Below, piece after piece: positions 37,844 to 49,435 of a stretch of 64,000 nucleotides of DNA (positions are counted from its first letter, which is position 1; the number at the start of each line of letters is the position of its first letter). The stretch comes from Lama glama (Eukaryota): contig CM052846.1 in NCBI GenBank assembly GCA_028534125.1, positions 496,001 to 560,000 on the forward strand, in the 5' to 3' direction. The position numbers were made by a program, and so were the translations under genes. Below the pieces are notes generated by a model that was given only the letters and a program-made list of their open reading frames with translations, searched no databases and was not told the DNA's origin.

Positions 37844-38258
37844 TGTGTTACTAAGAGTTCTCCAGAGATGTAGTGCAATGAAATGTGTTTATACAGAAAA
37901 TTTTTATTATAAATAATTGACTCGTGAGATTATAGAAGATGGAAGAACTGACATCCGCAGCCAGGCCAGCGGGCTGGAGAGCAGAAAGAGGTGGTGTTCC
38001 CCGTGAGCCTGGAGGCCGTCTGCCTGAGAGCCCTCTCTCTCACTCAGGGGTCGCTGGTCCTCTTGTTCTCTTCAGGCCTCCAACTGATTGGATGAGGCCC
38101 ACCCACATACACAGAGCAATCCGTTTTACTCAGAGTCCGCTAATTTAAATTTTACTCTCATCTGGAACACCCTCACAGTAACATCCAGAATAATGTTTGA
38201 CCAAATATCTGGGCATCCTCTGTCCCAGCCAAGTTGACACATATAATTAACCATCACA
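37844..38258 (-). mobile_element. MLT2 (ERVL) solo LTR inserted in L1 ORF2
   Basis: Ends in CAAGTTGACACATATAATTAACCATCACA, the reverse complement of the MLT2 start TGTGATGGTTAAT. Internal motifs caactgattggatgaggcccacccaca and ccagaataatgtttgaccaaatatctgggca. Confidence 0.92.
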
Positions 38259-39074
38259 AAGAATATCTAAAATATAAAACGAATGGACAAACAGAAAAGA
38301 AACAGAACAAACATTGAAGCAAATGGAAAATGTTAGAAGCATTTGGTTTAATACTCACCTGAGATGAAGACGCTATCAGCACATGTATTCAAAACTGTGT
38401 TGGCGGCCCTTGCCAGCACAGAGCAACAAGGCTAAAGAAGTCAGAGGCATGCAAATTAGAGCTGAGGACACAGTGTCACTATCTGCAGATAATGCAATCA
38501 TTTATGTAGAAAACCCAAATAATCAGTAGGCCAGGTACGATAAATGTTTGGGAGGAGGACTAAAAAAGTAGCTGGATTTGAAAATACAAAATGTCTGTTG
38601 TCCTTTGCACATCGGTGGCTATAAAATAGAAAACATAGTTTGAAAGAAGGTGACGTTTACCATAGCATCAGAGAATGCCAAGTACCTGCAAGTAAATCCA
38701 TCAGAAGTTCAAGGTAAAGAAAAAATTACAACCTTTATTTAGAAATACTGAGGAAGACCTAAATAACTAGAGAACTATGCCATGTGGATTCAAACACAGC
38801 ACTATGTAAACATCAGTTCTCCACGAACTCACCTGGAAATTCAAAACAGTTCAGTTAAAATGTCCGCAGGGCATTTAATCAATTTTGATCAGAGTTTTCT
38901 AAAAATCTGTATATTTGAATAGAGGTCATAATTGAAAGAGATCCCCTATAATGAGAAACTTGCCCAGTCACAGGATTTATTACGAAGGTGTACTAACAAA
39001 ACAGAGCAGTGTCCGTGCGCTGCTCTGTCTCTGAGCCGCCACGGGAACGGCTGGTGGGAAACACACACGCTCAA

Positions 39075-39370
39075 GTCTGGTTACTACACGATGCTGGATG
39101 TGGCTCCCTGGGCTGCACAGTAGGACCTTGCTGGCGATCTGTTGCACATTCAGTAGTGTGTATCTGCAAATCCCAAACTCCCCGTTTATCCCTCCCCACC
39201 CCACTTCCCCCGGTAACCATAAGCTTATCTTCTATGTCTGTGAGTTTGTTTCTGTTTTGTAAATAAACTCATTTGTCTCTCTCTCTCTTTTTTTTTTTTT
39301 GGAGATTCCACGTATAAGTGAGATCGTATGGTATTTTTCTTTCTCTTTCTGGCTTACTTCCCTTAGGACA
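39075..39370 (-). mobile_element. L1 3' UTR fragment
   Basis: Paralogous to 14400-14680: cagtaggaccttg...ggtaaccataag...tatgtctgtgagtttgtttctgttttgtaaataa. Confidence 0.9.
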
Positions 39371-39739
39371 GTGTGAAGAAGGTATCTTTAAACACACTCC
39401 CTGAGGCTGGCCACGCCCTGCAGCTAGTGTTTGTCCCCACACCCGCTCAGCAGCGGGGGCTGACCTGGGGCAGCGGGACCGGGCCTTGCTTCCTGGGGCC
39501 TTGCTCTCCTCCTTGGGTCTAGGGCCGCCGTCATAAGCTTTCTCAAGTAACCCTCTACTGGGGGATGCCGGATTCCAGCTCGAAGGCTGAATTCAGTTAC
39601 TTCGTAAACCTAGTTGCCAAGCCCTTTGGCGTGTCCCCAAATGATTCGTGGACTGCCTAGGTTTATCCTAGGTTGGAACCCAGACATCCTGAGGCTCCCA
39701 CACCCTTAATCCCATTTCATCACCAAAGATAATGACACA

Positions 39740-39870
39740 TTATAATGTTTCGGTGTTAGTGAGGGAGTAAATAGCGTGTTCATGGCATTTGCAGATGGAT
39801 TTAAATTCGGAGAAGTTGTTAACACCAGTGAGGCCAGAAAGAGAACACTGAAAGTTCTGAACAAGTAGAA
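39740..39870 (+). mobile_element. CR1/L3 LINE reverse-transcriptase fossil
   Basis: 39761-39868 translates EGVNSVFMAFADGFKFGEVVNTSEARKRTLKVLNK*, colinear with the CR1 RT motif EG....SKFADDTKLGG.VNT.EDR..IQ.DL.KL. Confidence 0.7.
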
Positions 39871-40504
39871 ATGCACAAAAGGAAAAAACAAAAATGAAAA
39901 CAGATTCAGCTGACGTAACACCTATTATTGTAACGAACAGAGAGCTAATTTACAAGGACCGACCGCACACTGTCCTGGACGCCGAAAGGAGGAAGGAACA
40001 GCAGAGTCTATCCGCAGGGAATTTTATCCACGGCTCGAAGGACTTTGTACCAGGGACTTCCAAATATATCCTTGGATCTGCGCCCAGCTGTGCTGTTAAA
40101 TGTTTAACAAGTGAACTTGTGGCCAAAAGAAAAAAAGTACACAGACAATGATTATGAAGCTTACTGATGTAACCGGTGTTGCACCAGACAAATAACAGAC
40201 GTATGATGCTCTTTATTGTAAATTCAGTACAGACAGTTCATTCTCACGGAATACTCCCCTGACTTTTACCAAACTCTATGACCAGAGCCCGCCTGGGACG
40301 GACAAGGGTGGCTCCGACGTGGGCGCCGGTTGTATTTCCATTTCCACCGGATACAGTGAAAAAGCAGCAAAGGGGAGTGTCGAACTCCTTTTGTTGGCAG
40401 TGACTTAAGCGACTTCTTTGCTGAGTCAGCTAGTCTTTGAATACTGCAAGAATGGCTCCTCGGTTTGTGTGCTCTTCACAATGTAATGGCTGTAGACGTG
40501 ACAG

Positions 40505-40792
40505 TTTTTTTTTTTTTACGATGAAGAAGACTTTATTCATTGAGGTGGTTGATGTACAGTATTATGAAGTCACAGGTGTGCGGATGGTGATCCCCAGCCT
40601 TAAAGGCTACACTGCGTTTGCAGTTACTGTGAAATGCTGGCTGTGCTCCCCGGGGGGCACGGTGTATCGCAGCTCATTGTACACTTGGTCGTTCGTACCC
40701 CTCACTCGCCGGCCCCCCGTCGCCCCCCCACTTCTGCCTCCCCACTGGTGACCACTCATGTGTCCTCTGTATCCGTGAGTCTGCTTCTGTTA
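40505..40792 (-). mobile_element. L1 3' end fragment, GC-shifted
   Basis: Paralogous to 34884-35125: taaaggctacactgcgtttgcagttactgtgaaat...ccccactggtgaccact...gtgagtctgcttct. Confidence 0.8.
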
Positions 40793-42811
40793 AATTTAAT
40801 CTCTATTAACTTTTTCTCCATTATTTTCTGAAGTCCAGACAGCCTTAACATAGTCCTAACAAAGCAGTCACGCTGAAGCCCTGTTGCGTTCCATGGTGTG
40901 AAGACGCCCGCCTGGACAGTGCCAGGCGACCCGCCTGACGTGGCTGAGCACAGACCTGGGGGGGAGGCAGGGAGCCGCCTGCTGCGCAGTGTTTTCACAC
41001 GTGGAGACGGTGGACACAGGGGACTGAGAGCACAGAGGACAGACAGAGAAAGGGAGTAACATAGCCAGGGAGTGAGGCTTCTGTGCGCTCATTGCTTTTA
41101 GAACAGTGCATTTGGTAGAAAGTTTATATAATTTAATTTTTAATAATGGCGGTCTTTAAAAGCTGGCTCGTACCATTTCTGGGAGTTTAACAACCGGCCA
41201 TCAGGAGCCGTGTGAACCGGCTCCAGCACGACCCTTGCAGCGACTTGACTCCTGGGACTCAGGCCTCATTTCCAGTTTGTGCTGGACGTTGCAGAGGCAC
41301 AGACTCAACGTGCTCAGACGCAGACTCACCCACCCTCTGCGGGACGCTCCCTCACCCGCCCGACTGCACGAGCGAGGAGCACGGAAGAGCCCGGCTCCTT
41401 GGCTCTGAGAACCGCCAGCCATTCGCCGGTACGTGGGCGCGGCGTCTCTGGGGTGGCTCTTGAAATCCGTCTTCCCCATTGAACTCGGAACTGCGTGTCT
41501 CCTCCTGATCGCGAGACCAGCCCCTCCTTCGTGAGCCCCCATGTCGTTCCGGAGCCGTGCTGGCTGCGTCCTCGGCCTGCTCCAGCCCAGGCACAGTGCT
41601 CAGTGCTGCCAGGGGACACCCCGTGCCCCGCTCTGCGGGCAGCTGGGCCGCTTCCCTCGTCTCTCATCTCCTGCCACCCCCCAACGCCCCCGTGACACAC
41701 CCCGCAGCTCTGGCGGCGCATTTCCCAGGCCGTGCACTGAGTCCAAGAAGTTCTCTGCCTCGTACGGTCTTTCCACTCCTGCATCAGAAGAAACTGCGTT
41801 TGTCTCTCGAGGAGCAACTCAAACGTAAAGCTCTGCTGGACTTTCTGGAAAAAGAGCGACTCATTCCGTCCTCTGGACGCCCTTTACCTCTGTTCACACT
41901 GTTCCCGAAACAGCACATGGAAACGAGGGCGGTCTCGCCCCCCATCTCCCACTGGCAGGAGCGTGAACTTTAGAGTCTGGTCCCGGGGATCTGCTGGCTT
42001 TGTCGCTGTGGGCAAACGGTACAGCCTCTTCACGTTTCAGCCTCTTCACCTCAAAACGGACTGGCGGCGCTGCCTCTCAGAGTTGCCGGGGAGACAAGCT
42101 CAGATACTTCTGGCAAAGCGCCAGGTCCGTTTTAAGTACCCGGTACCCGGGGTCCTCTTTCCCTGGAACCCGCTGCTTCACACCGGGTCTGGGTTGCTTG
42201 TTCTCGTCGGCAGGTTTCTCGTAACTGAGCTTCTTGGGCGCTGAGGCGCCCTTACGTCACATCCCGTGCTCCCTGCAGACCCAGCAGTTGATTCGCGCTC
42301 CCTGGCTGTTCGGGGGGTGAGTAGAGGGGCCACAACGTATGCCCCCGTCTTGTGTCTGGGCTTGGTGGGCGCAACCTCCAAACCCGAGAGCAGGTCGAGC
42401 GCCCGGGGTGAGCCGGTCACCTGGTGCTGGGGGGCGTCTGCCGAGCGCCGAACACGAAGGAGACGGAGGTGCGGCTACTGCCCCACGTGAGCACTGTGTG
42501 GAAATCTAGGAAGTGTGGCGCGAATACCGGGTGAGCTCTCCACGTGCAGAACGCTTCGCTCCGACAGAACGTCCAGTGGGACTCAGGGCCGGGTGCGTCC
42601 GCCGGGCCGAGGACATTCAGGCGCCGGCGGAGGAGGCAGGCGCTCAGGGCCTCGAGAGCCCCCTCGGGTCGAGTGAGCTGTTGACAGTTCCTGACCAGCA
42701 ACACAGTGTGATGAAAACCCTTTCGACAAATGAACGTGTCCAGGTTCGCACAAGAGTCTGAAGGAATTAGCTGTTTGGGAGGGAGTTTTATTTAAAAAAA
42801 AAAAAAAGCAG

Positions 42812-43137
42812 CCTGTGTGCCTCCAAAATTCCTGTGCTGGGGCCTGACCCTCGGTGCCTCAGAACGTGGCTGTGCTTGGAGACAGGCCCTCACAGAGGTG
42901 AGGAAGGTAAACTGAAGTCAGAGCTGTGCCCTCGCCCCGAATGACTGGTGTCCTCGTAGGAGAAGCGACTCAGACACCAGCCTGAGGGAAGACCGTGTGA
43001 GCGCGCGGGGAGAAGGTGGCCGTCGGCGGGCCGGCCCTGCCGGCACCTTGATCTCGGGCTTCCAGTCTCTGGAGCTGTCAGAGGCCAGTTTCCGTTGCTC
43101 AGGCCGCTGTGTCTGGGCGTTTGCTGACGCCCTGCGC
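42812..43137 (+). mobile_element. MLT1B/MLT1A-like MaLR solo LTR
   Basis: ccaaaattcctgtg...cctcagaacgtggctgtgcttggagacaggccct...atgactggtgtcct...gccggcaccttgatctcgggcttccag. Confidence 0.85.
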
Positions 43138-44732
43138 GAGGTTGGCGGCCGTGGGAGGGGGTGGGGGCTCTTCTCTGCAGAGGAGCCCTGAGACGCGCCC
43201 ACGAGACGCTGGGACGGGGGGGCAGCGCTGGGGACACAGGCTGCAGCAGAGCCAGCAGGAGGCTGAGGCCCTGAGGCCTTGTCCCTGGCAGCGGGTGGGT
43301 CACTTCCTGACGCCCTCCAGCCCCCTCCCCGCCCGTCCCACACTCCTGCCGTGGGCCTCCTCCCGAAGTCCGCCCAGCTGGGCCCGCCCCGTCCACCCGG
43401 CGGGGTGGCTGGTCCCCGTCTCGCTCCCCTGGGCACCGACTTCTCTGGTGTCTGGATCCATGTCCTGATTAGGACCCAGCGCTGATGGAGGGGTCATTCT
43501 GAGGCGTGTTTACAGATCTAGGGCCAGACCCGGCCCGTGACTGCAGCGAGCGCTCCAGACGCGTTCTGGCTGCGACCGCACCCCGGACATGCCTCGCTCG
43601 CCGGGAAGCCCCGTGCGTCTCCCCTGACGCCGACTGCCTTCACACACGCCTTTGAAACGTGACGTGCGCTTTGATGGCACAGCTGATCGGCACCAGGGCG
43701 GCTTTATGTGTTCCTCCTGTTGTTTCTTTGTCCCTTTCGCCAGCTCCTCCACCGCTGGCACCAGGGAGTCCAGGCTGCCACGGACGGCGGAGTGTGCTGT
43801 TCCCTGGTCTGTGCCCTGCTGCCCCCTCCCGTCCCCTCCCGTCTCTGCCCCGAGCCTTCCACCCCAGGCCGTGGCCGCTGGAGCAGTGGACGAAGGTCTC
43901 AGGGACTCCCCGGGGTGGGTGGCAGACTTCTCCTTGGTGTCTCTTGCTTGTGGCGTTTGGGAGACAGAACTCAGTTTGAAACCGTTGTCACACTGAAGGG
44001 TGGATGATTATGCAACTAAGGTTTGCTGGGGAGCTGTCACAGGAGCTGGAGACACGGGGGGAGGAACCTGTTCTCAAGAAGCTGGGTTTCGCGGGGAGTC
44101 CTCAGAGCCTGGGGAACGGCCACATCTGAGAATCTGGGGGGGTGGAGGCTTCCCTAAATTCACAGGGCCAGAGTGGTTTGCTGGAGGCTTTGTGTAAAGC
44201 AGGCTTCATTTGGGGGCGGTGACTTGGGGTTTGTTTCTGTCACCACCAAGCCTGAGGACCCAGACACGAGTCCCGCCAGCCGCAGCCCCGTGGGCTCAGC
44301 TGGGTGCGGGGCGGAAGAGGGGCTGAGCACCACGTGAAGCGGGTGGGGTCCTCCTCGCACGCCCTGCCTCCCGCCCCGCCCCGCCCTCCTGCAAATGTGC
44401 TGTGTCCATGTTCCTGAGAACCTGCCGCATAATTCTAAAGAGCCTTCAAAGGGACTTCGATAAACCCCTACCAGGGTCACGCTTGCCAAGGATTTTCTTT
44501 GGATTGATGTTTCGGGCTGCGAGGTCCCACTGTAGGCCGTGGGGGCTCCTGTCGGCGGGGGCTCCTGCCTTGATGGTTCAGATGCTGCAGTTCCGGAATA
44601 TTCCAGCTTGCTCCTGCTGGGCCCGTGTCCCCCGAGGAGCAGAGGGCTCTGCACGGAGTAGGCACCAGGGAGGTGGCTGCAGAAGGAAAACCCGGGAGTG
44701 GGTGTGAACAGCTGTGTTCCTGCTGATATCGT

Positions 44733-44783
44733 GGGGGGAGGGGAGGAGGGGGAGGGAAGGAGGGGAAGGGGAGGGGGAGGGAG
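44733..44783 (+). repeat. 51-nt pure purine G-rich tract
   Basis: Only G and A, with eight runs of three or more G. Confidence 0.85.
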
Positions 44784-45103
44784 CATTTCCCTCGACCTTC
44801 CGGCTGTGGACGCAGCCCCTCTTTGCAGCCTGTGCTTCTCTCCAGCAGCCATCCTGGGGCCGCCCGCTCGTTGGCCTCGATGCAAGGGACTTTATTAGGG
44901 TTCCCCTCACGCCCTGACAGGCGCCATCACTCTTGTAGGTTTTAATTAAAATGTTTAATTAAGCTCAGTTCTAGCAGCAGAAAGTCAGCTCTCCTCCTGG
45001 CCGAGTCCCCGGGCGTGGGGTTGGGGCAGGCGCGGGCGGCGGAGGTGCTGGCCGGGCCTGCAGCCTCCTCGGCTGCACAGGAAGCCGGGTGGGGGGCTTA
45101 ACG

Positions 45104-45321
45104 TTTATTTTGTTTTTGTAATTGAAGAGTAGTCAGTTACAACGTGTGACGTTTCAGTCGTACATGTACATCCATTCGTTTTCATGCTCTTTTCGCTCTG
45201 GGTGACTGCAAGACGCTGAGTGGCTCCCTGTGCTGGGCGGGGCGACTGTGCACCCAGTCTGTGTGAGGTGGTTAGCACCTGCAAACCCCGAACTCCCCAC
45301 TTACCCCTCCCACCCCTTCCC
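45104..45321 (-). mobile_element. L1 3'-terminal fragment, GC-shifted
   Basis: T-rich tail, then taattgaagagtagtcagttacaac...aactccccacttacccctcccacccc. Paralogous to 35935-36169. Confidence 0.8.
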
Positions 45322-48300
45322 AGACAGAGAACGCACACTTACGGTCCCCGGGGGAGGGCGTGGGAGGGTAAATGGGGAGTCGGGGTGCAGGCGCTCCTCC
45401 CTGAGCCGGCCCCACGTGGAGCCAGGAGGGAGCCAACTGGCTTCCGCAGTCCTCGGCCCCCACCGTTACCCCGTCCCCAGTGGCCGTTCTCCGGGGCCCG
45501 CACAGCAGGCTGCTGATTCTGTCCACGTTCCGTGTCCTGACCTCCCCGGCCGTCGCTGCCCCCCACGCCCCCCGTCCTTCCCCAGACTTGCCCATCCTTG
45601 TCCTTCTCTCTCTGGCCTCTGATGACCTCATGGTCTCGGCTGTGTTCCGAGCCGGCTTCCAGGTCACTTGCTGGTCTTCGAGAATGACAGGCCTTCTGAA
45701 AGACACCTTGCAGGCTCTCCAAGATCAGGGGTTTTAGCCTTACAGGAAGATAGTTTCGGTCAGAAACAGCCTTTTGGCTCTCCTCAAGTCAAGTCAAATT
45801 TAGAATGTTGTGTCTTGTAGACAGTGGTCACTCAGTAAAGGGGCTGCTCAGACGCCCCATCCCCCTTCCCGGCCACTTGACCCCAAACACAGACAGTAAA
45901 CCACAGAGGGACCTTGTCCCGGGTCCGGGGAGCAACAGGGCTGCACGCGCGCCGGGCTCTCTCCTTGTCTGAGAAGCTGGGTGGCGGTAACGAGACAGCC
46001 CCATTTGTAGGAGCCAGTCCTCAGATAGAGCCCCGAGAGCAGTAGGGCCCACGATGCAACGAACTGGCAGCGGGCGTTGAGGAGGAAGAGGAGGGTGATG
46101 CTGAGAGCCCTCCACATCCGTCTCAGTGGCCTGGACGGCAGGCCTGGTGCCCTCCCACCCGCTGTTCCCCCGCTGGCTTGGCCAGTGAAGACAGTGGCGG
46201 GGTCAGGAGGGGAGGGCGCAGTCTGGGTGCCGGGTCTTCTGATCCCCCCTTCTGAGTAACTGTGGGTCACAGCTGCTCTCAGACAGGCCTTGCCAGCAAG
46301 CCCCTCGTTTTAGGCCGCTTGCCAGTGGCTGTTCCCGCTTCGGGCCTGGGGTGCGACGGTGTTGGAGGGACCAGTTCAGTGGGCTGCACTGATGACACAT
46401 TTCCTCACCGCCTGCTCATGCTTCTGTGGACAGTCCCTTCACTACCTTCGCCTCAGATGAGCCCACTGGAGGGTGCCCTGAGTGACCCGTGGTGGAAGGA
46501 CAGGGCTGGAGGGATTGGTCAGTAGGCAGCTGCTTTGGGGATGAAATTCCGGCGAGAGGTGACAGCAGTCCTGCCGGGGGGAGGGGGGACCCCTTCGCCT
46601 GCCCTTAGGTTGTCTCACCAGCACTGGAGCCGTCCACGTGGAGGCAACAGTGGGAGCTCACAGCAAAGGTGGAGGCGAACCTTCCTTTATTTCCACCACG
46701 ATCAGTGGCAGCAGAGCCATCGGGGGCTGCGAGACGTCGCGCTGGGCCGGCCCTGCCGGCTGAGCCCAGCTTTTCCCCGCTGATAAGTTCACACGATGAG
46801 ACTCTTCCACCCCACTCTCAGGTTTGTGGTGGGAACCGCATGAAGTCACGTCTGAGTGGCTGAGAAGGCCACCGTGGGGGCTCCTGAGGCTTAGGGGTGA
46901 CAGACCAGAGCGAGGGCACAGTGAGGACCCAAGTCGGGGAGTCAGCTGGGCCTGGGGGCTGCGTCCGTCCCGCGGCTTCCCTGACACCATCTCTGGCCAC
47001 TGCCTCCTTTGGGCCCTGGACCCGCTGCCCTGGGAGGATGGTGCTGGCGGGACTGAGGACACCGGCACGGGGGACCTCAGAGAGAAGCTGCTGTGGTTCT
47101 TGCCTGAAACCTCGTGGCAACATGGTTCCTGACAAGAAGTGGTCAGGGCTGAGGGGTGGGTGGGAGTCTTGCTCCAAAAGCCTAGATGACGAATAAATAC
47201 CACACATGCTTCAAACAAACTAAGTCGTGCAGAATCCAAGGATGGGCCTGTATCTTCCCGAGCTGATGGGGAATTCAGTCGCAGTCTTTCTCAGTCCATC
47301 CCCTCCGCGCTCTGCCCTCCGAGGCCTGGTGTCCCAAGGTCTCGGGTGTCACGGGCTGAGCACCACATCCTGAGGCCGTGCTTCCGTTCGGCACCGTAAG
47401 GCGCCTGTCAGGCCTTCGAAGCCCACCGACCTGCAGCTCCCAGCCTGACCTTGGGAAATGCAAGTCTCGGCTGAGGCTCCGGCCCCGCCGTGGCCCCCCG
47501 GCCCCCCAGTGGAGCCTCTCCCACACCCGCCCGCCTCCACTGGGCCCTGGTCTAACCACATGGGCCATTCTCCCTTCCCCTCCGTCCCTGCTCCCACTCC
47601 CCTCTCCTCCTCTGATGTCTCATGAGCTCAGGCCTCCGGAGGGGAGGACAGGGGTCTGTCCTGGGATCCCTTGGCCCGAGACACAAACCTCCCCCTTTGG
47701 CAAGGACGCAGGAGCCTGGCGGCCTTTTCGGAACGCAGGTCAAAGCAAACCCAGGGAGACTAGTTCCCAAACAGCGTGCAAAGCAGCTGTTTCCTGGACG
47801 CCGCCCGCCTTAAAGCAAGGAGAGCGAAGTGCGAGGACGCTTGGGAAAGAATGACAAGCATTGGGATGGCTTTTGGGGACCAGCCCCGGCTTGGGTGCCC
47901 CTCCGTAAGGCCATGGGGACGGACGGTCCTAGAGTTTCTGAGAGTTTGTGCAGCTCTTAAATTACTTGCTTGCAGGCCCAAGAACGTCCTTCCTTTGCAG
48001 GAGAAGGGTGATCAGAGCGTGTAACACATCCCCAGGTGAAGCTTTCTGCTTTAGGGGGCTGTTTAACATGCGCCTCCTCCCAGGCCCGTTCCGAGACCTG
48101 CTACTACTCTCTTTGTCTCTCGGCAGCATCAGGAGAGCCGGTGAGAATGGCATTTTTTTTCCTTATTGTGTGCTTCCACTCAAGGAAAAATAAAGGCAAC
48201 AAAACCCCCGCAACTTCTAAATCAGTTCCTGAAATAGATCCAGAGAGAGAGAAACCAAGCGTGCCCGCGGCCCTCCTTGAGGGGACAGGTGCAGTCTGGA

Positions 48301-48370
48301 GCAAAGGGCGTGCTGCGGCAGGGCTCCTGGGCGCGGTCGGGCGCAGAGCCCCCCACCTACCCGCTCCCGC

Positions 48371-48870
48371 NNNNNNNNNNNNNNNNNNNNNNNNNNNNNN
48401 NNNNNNNNNNNNNNNNNNNNNNNNNNNNNNNNNNNNNNNNNNNNNNNNNNNNNNNNNNNNNNNNNNNNNNNNNNNNNNNNNNNNNNNNNNNNNNNNNNNN
48501 NNNNNNNNNNNNNNNNNNNNNNNNNNNNNNNNNNNNNNNNNNNNNNNNNNNNNNNNNNNNNNNNNNNNNNNNNNNNNNNNNNNNNNNNNNNNNNNNNNNN
48601 NNNNNNNNNNNNNNNNNNNNNNNNNNNNNNNNNNNNNNNNNNNNNNNNNNNNNNNNNNNNNNNNNNNNNNNNNNNNNNNNNNNNNNNNNNNNNNNNNNNN
48701 NNNNNNNNNNNNNNNNNNNNNNNNNNNNNNNNNNNNNNNNNNNNNNNNNNNNNNNNNNNNNNNNNNNNNNNNNNNNNNNNNNNNNNNNNNNNNNNNNNNN
48801 NNNNNNNNNNNNNNNNNNNNNNNNNNNNNNNNNNNNNNNNNNNNNNNNNNNNNNNNNNNNNNNNNNNNNN
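48371..48870. other. assembly gap (500 N)
   Basis: Run of exactly 500 N. Confidence 0.99.
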
Positions 48871-48999
48871 GCCCGCCTGGAGCTGCGAGCGACCGTGTCT
48901 CCTGGCGCCTCGGTGTCCTCGTCTGTGAAGTGGGTGTCGCGCTGTGCTGACCGCTTTTTTGGGGGAGAGACCCCTGCTTGGAGGGTCCCCACTTCGTGT

Positions 49000-49435
49000 T
49001 TTTGGCAACGGAATCTGTCTTCAGAATTGCTCCGTCTAGTAGATACATGTGCACGTTTTAACGCAGTTTTCTCTCTCAGTGAGTCGCTCTTCCTAGAATA
49101 AGCTTTGTTTACGCCGCTTGCGCTGTAGACAAAGCGGAGCTGCATTTTCATTGTCCTTTAGTTCAGAGTGTTTTAAAATTATCAGAGAGTTTTTGGACCC
49201 ACGTGCTGTTTAGGACTGTGTTCTTCCATCTACAGACGTTCTGAGAGTCTAGCAATCTTGCATTAATGCCTCTTCATTCTCTTGTGATCTGAGAAAATGA
49301 TGTGTAGGATTTCTTCTCTTAAATTTGCTGAGTGGCGCTTTCTGACCCACAGTGTTGTCTGTCTCAGTCAAACATCCACCGGAGCTTGAAGACGTGCGTT
49401 CTGCTGTTGCAGAATGAAGTATTCTGTAAGTCTTA
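49000..49435 (-). mobile_element. ancient L1 ORF2 fragment
   Basis: tgcattttcattgtc...ttggacccacgtgctgtttagga...gtgatctgagaa...ttaaatttgctgag...gcttgaagacgtgcgttctgctgttg. Confidence 0.7.

Larger units (their letters stand above)
36430..39005 (+). mobile_element. ancient L1 remnant (ORF1 and ORF2), with nested insertions
   Basis: A-rich. ORF 36971-37174 KRSTPRNIMKFG...RIMLAVDSS resembles ORF1p. ORF2 landmarks include gttgggtttattccagg (37643) and tctgcagataatgcaatcatttatgtagaaaaccc (RT FADD region, 38482). Confidence 0.8.

Noticed and set aside
41785-41870. Coiled-coil-looking peptide QKKLRLSLEEQLKRKALLDFLEKER
   Set aside because: No recognised protein match and only weak splice signals. 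A tBLASTn/BLASTP hit would be needed.
43970-44215. Possible ERV LTR fragment (also about 45600-45825)
   Set aside because: Vague resemblance only. I cannot assign a family without a Dfam search.
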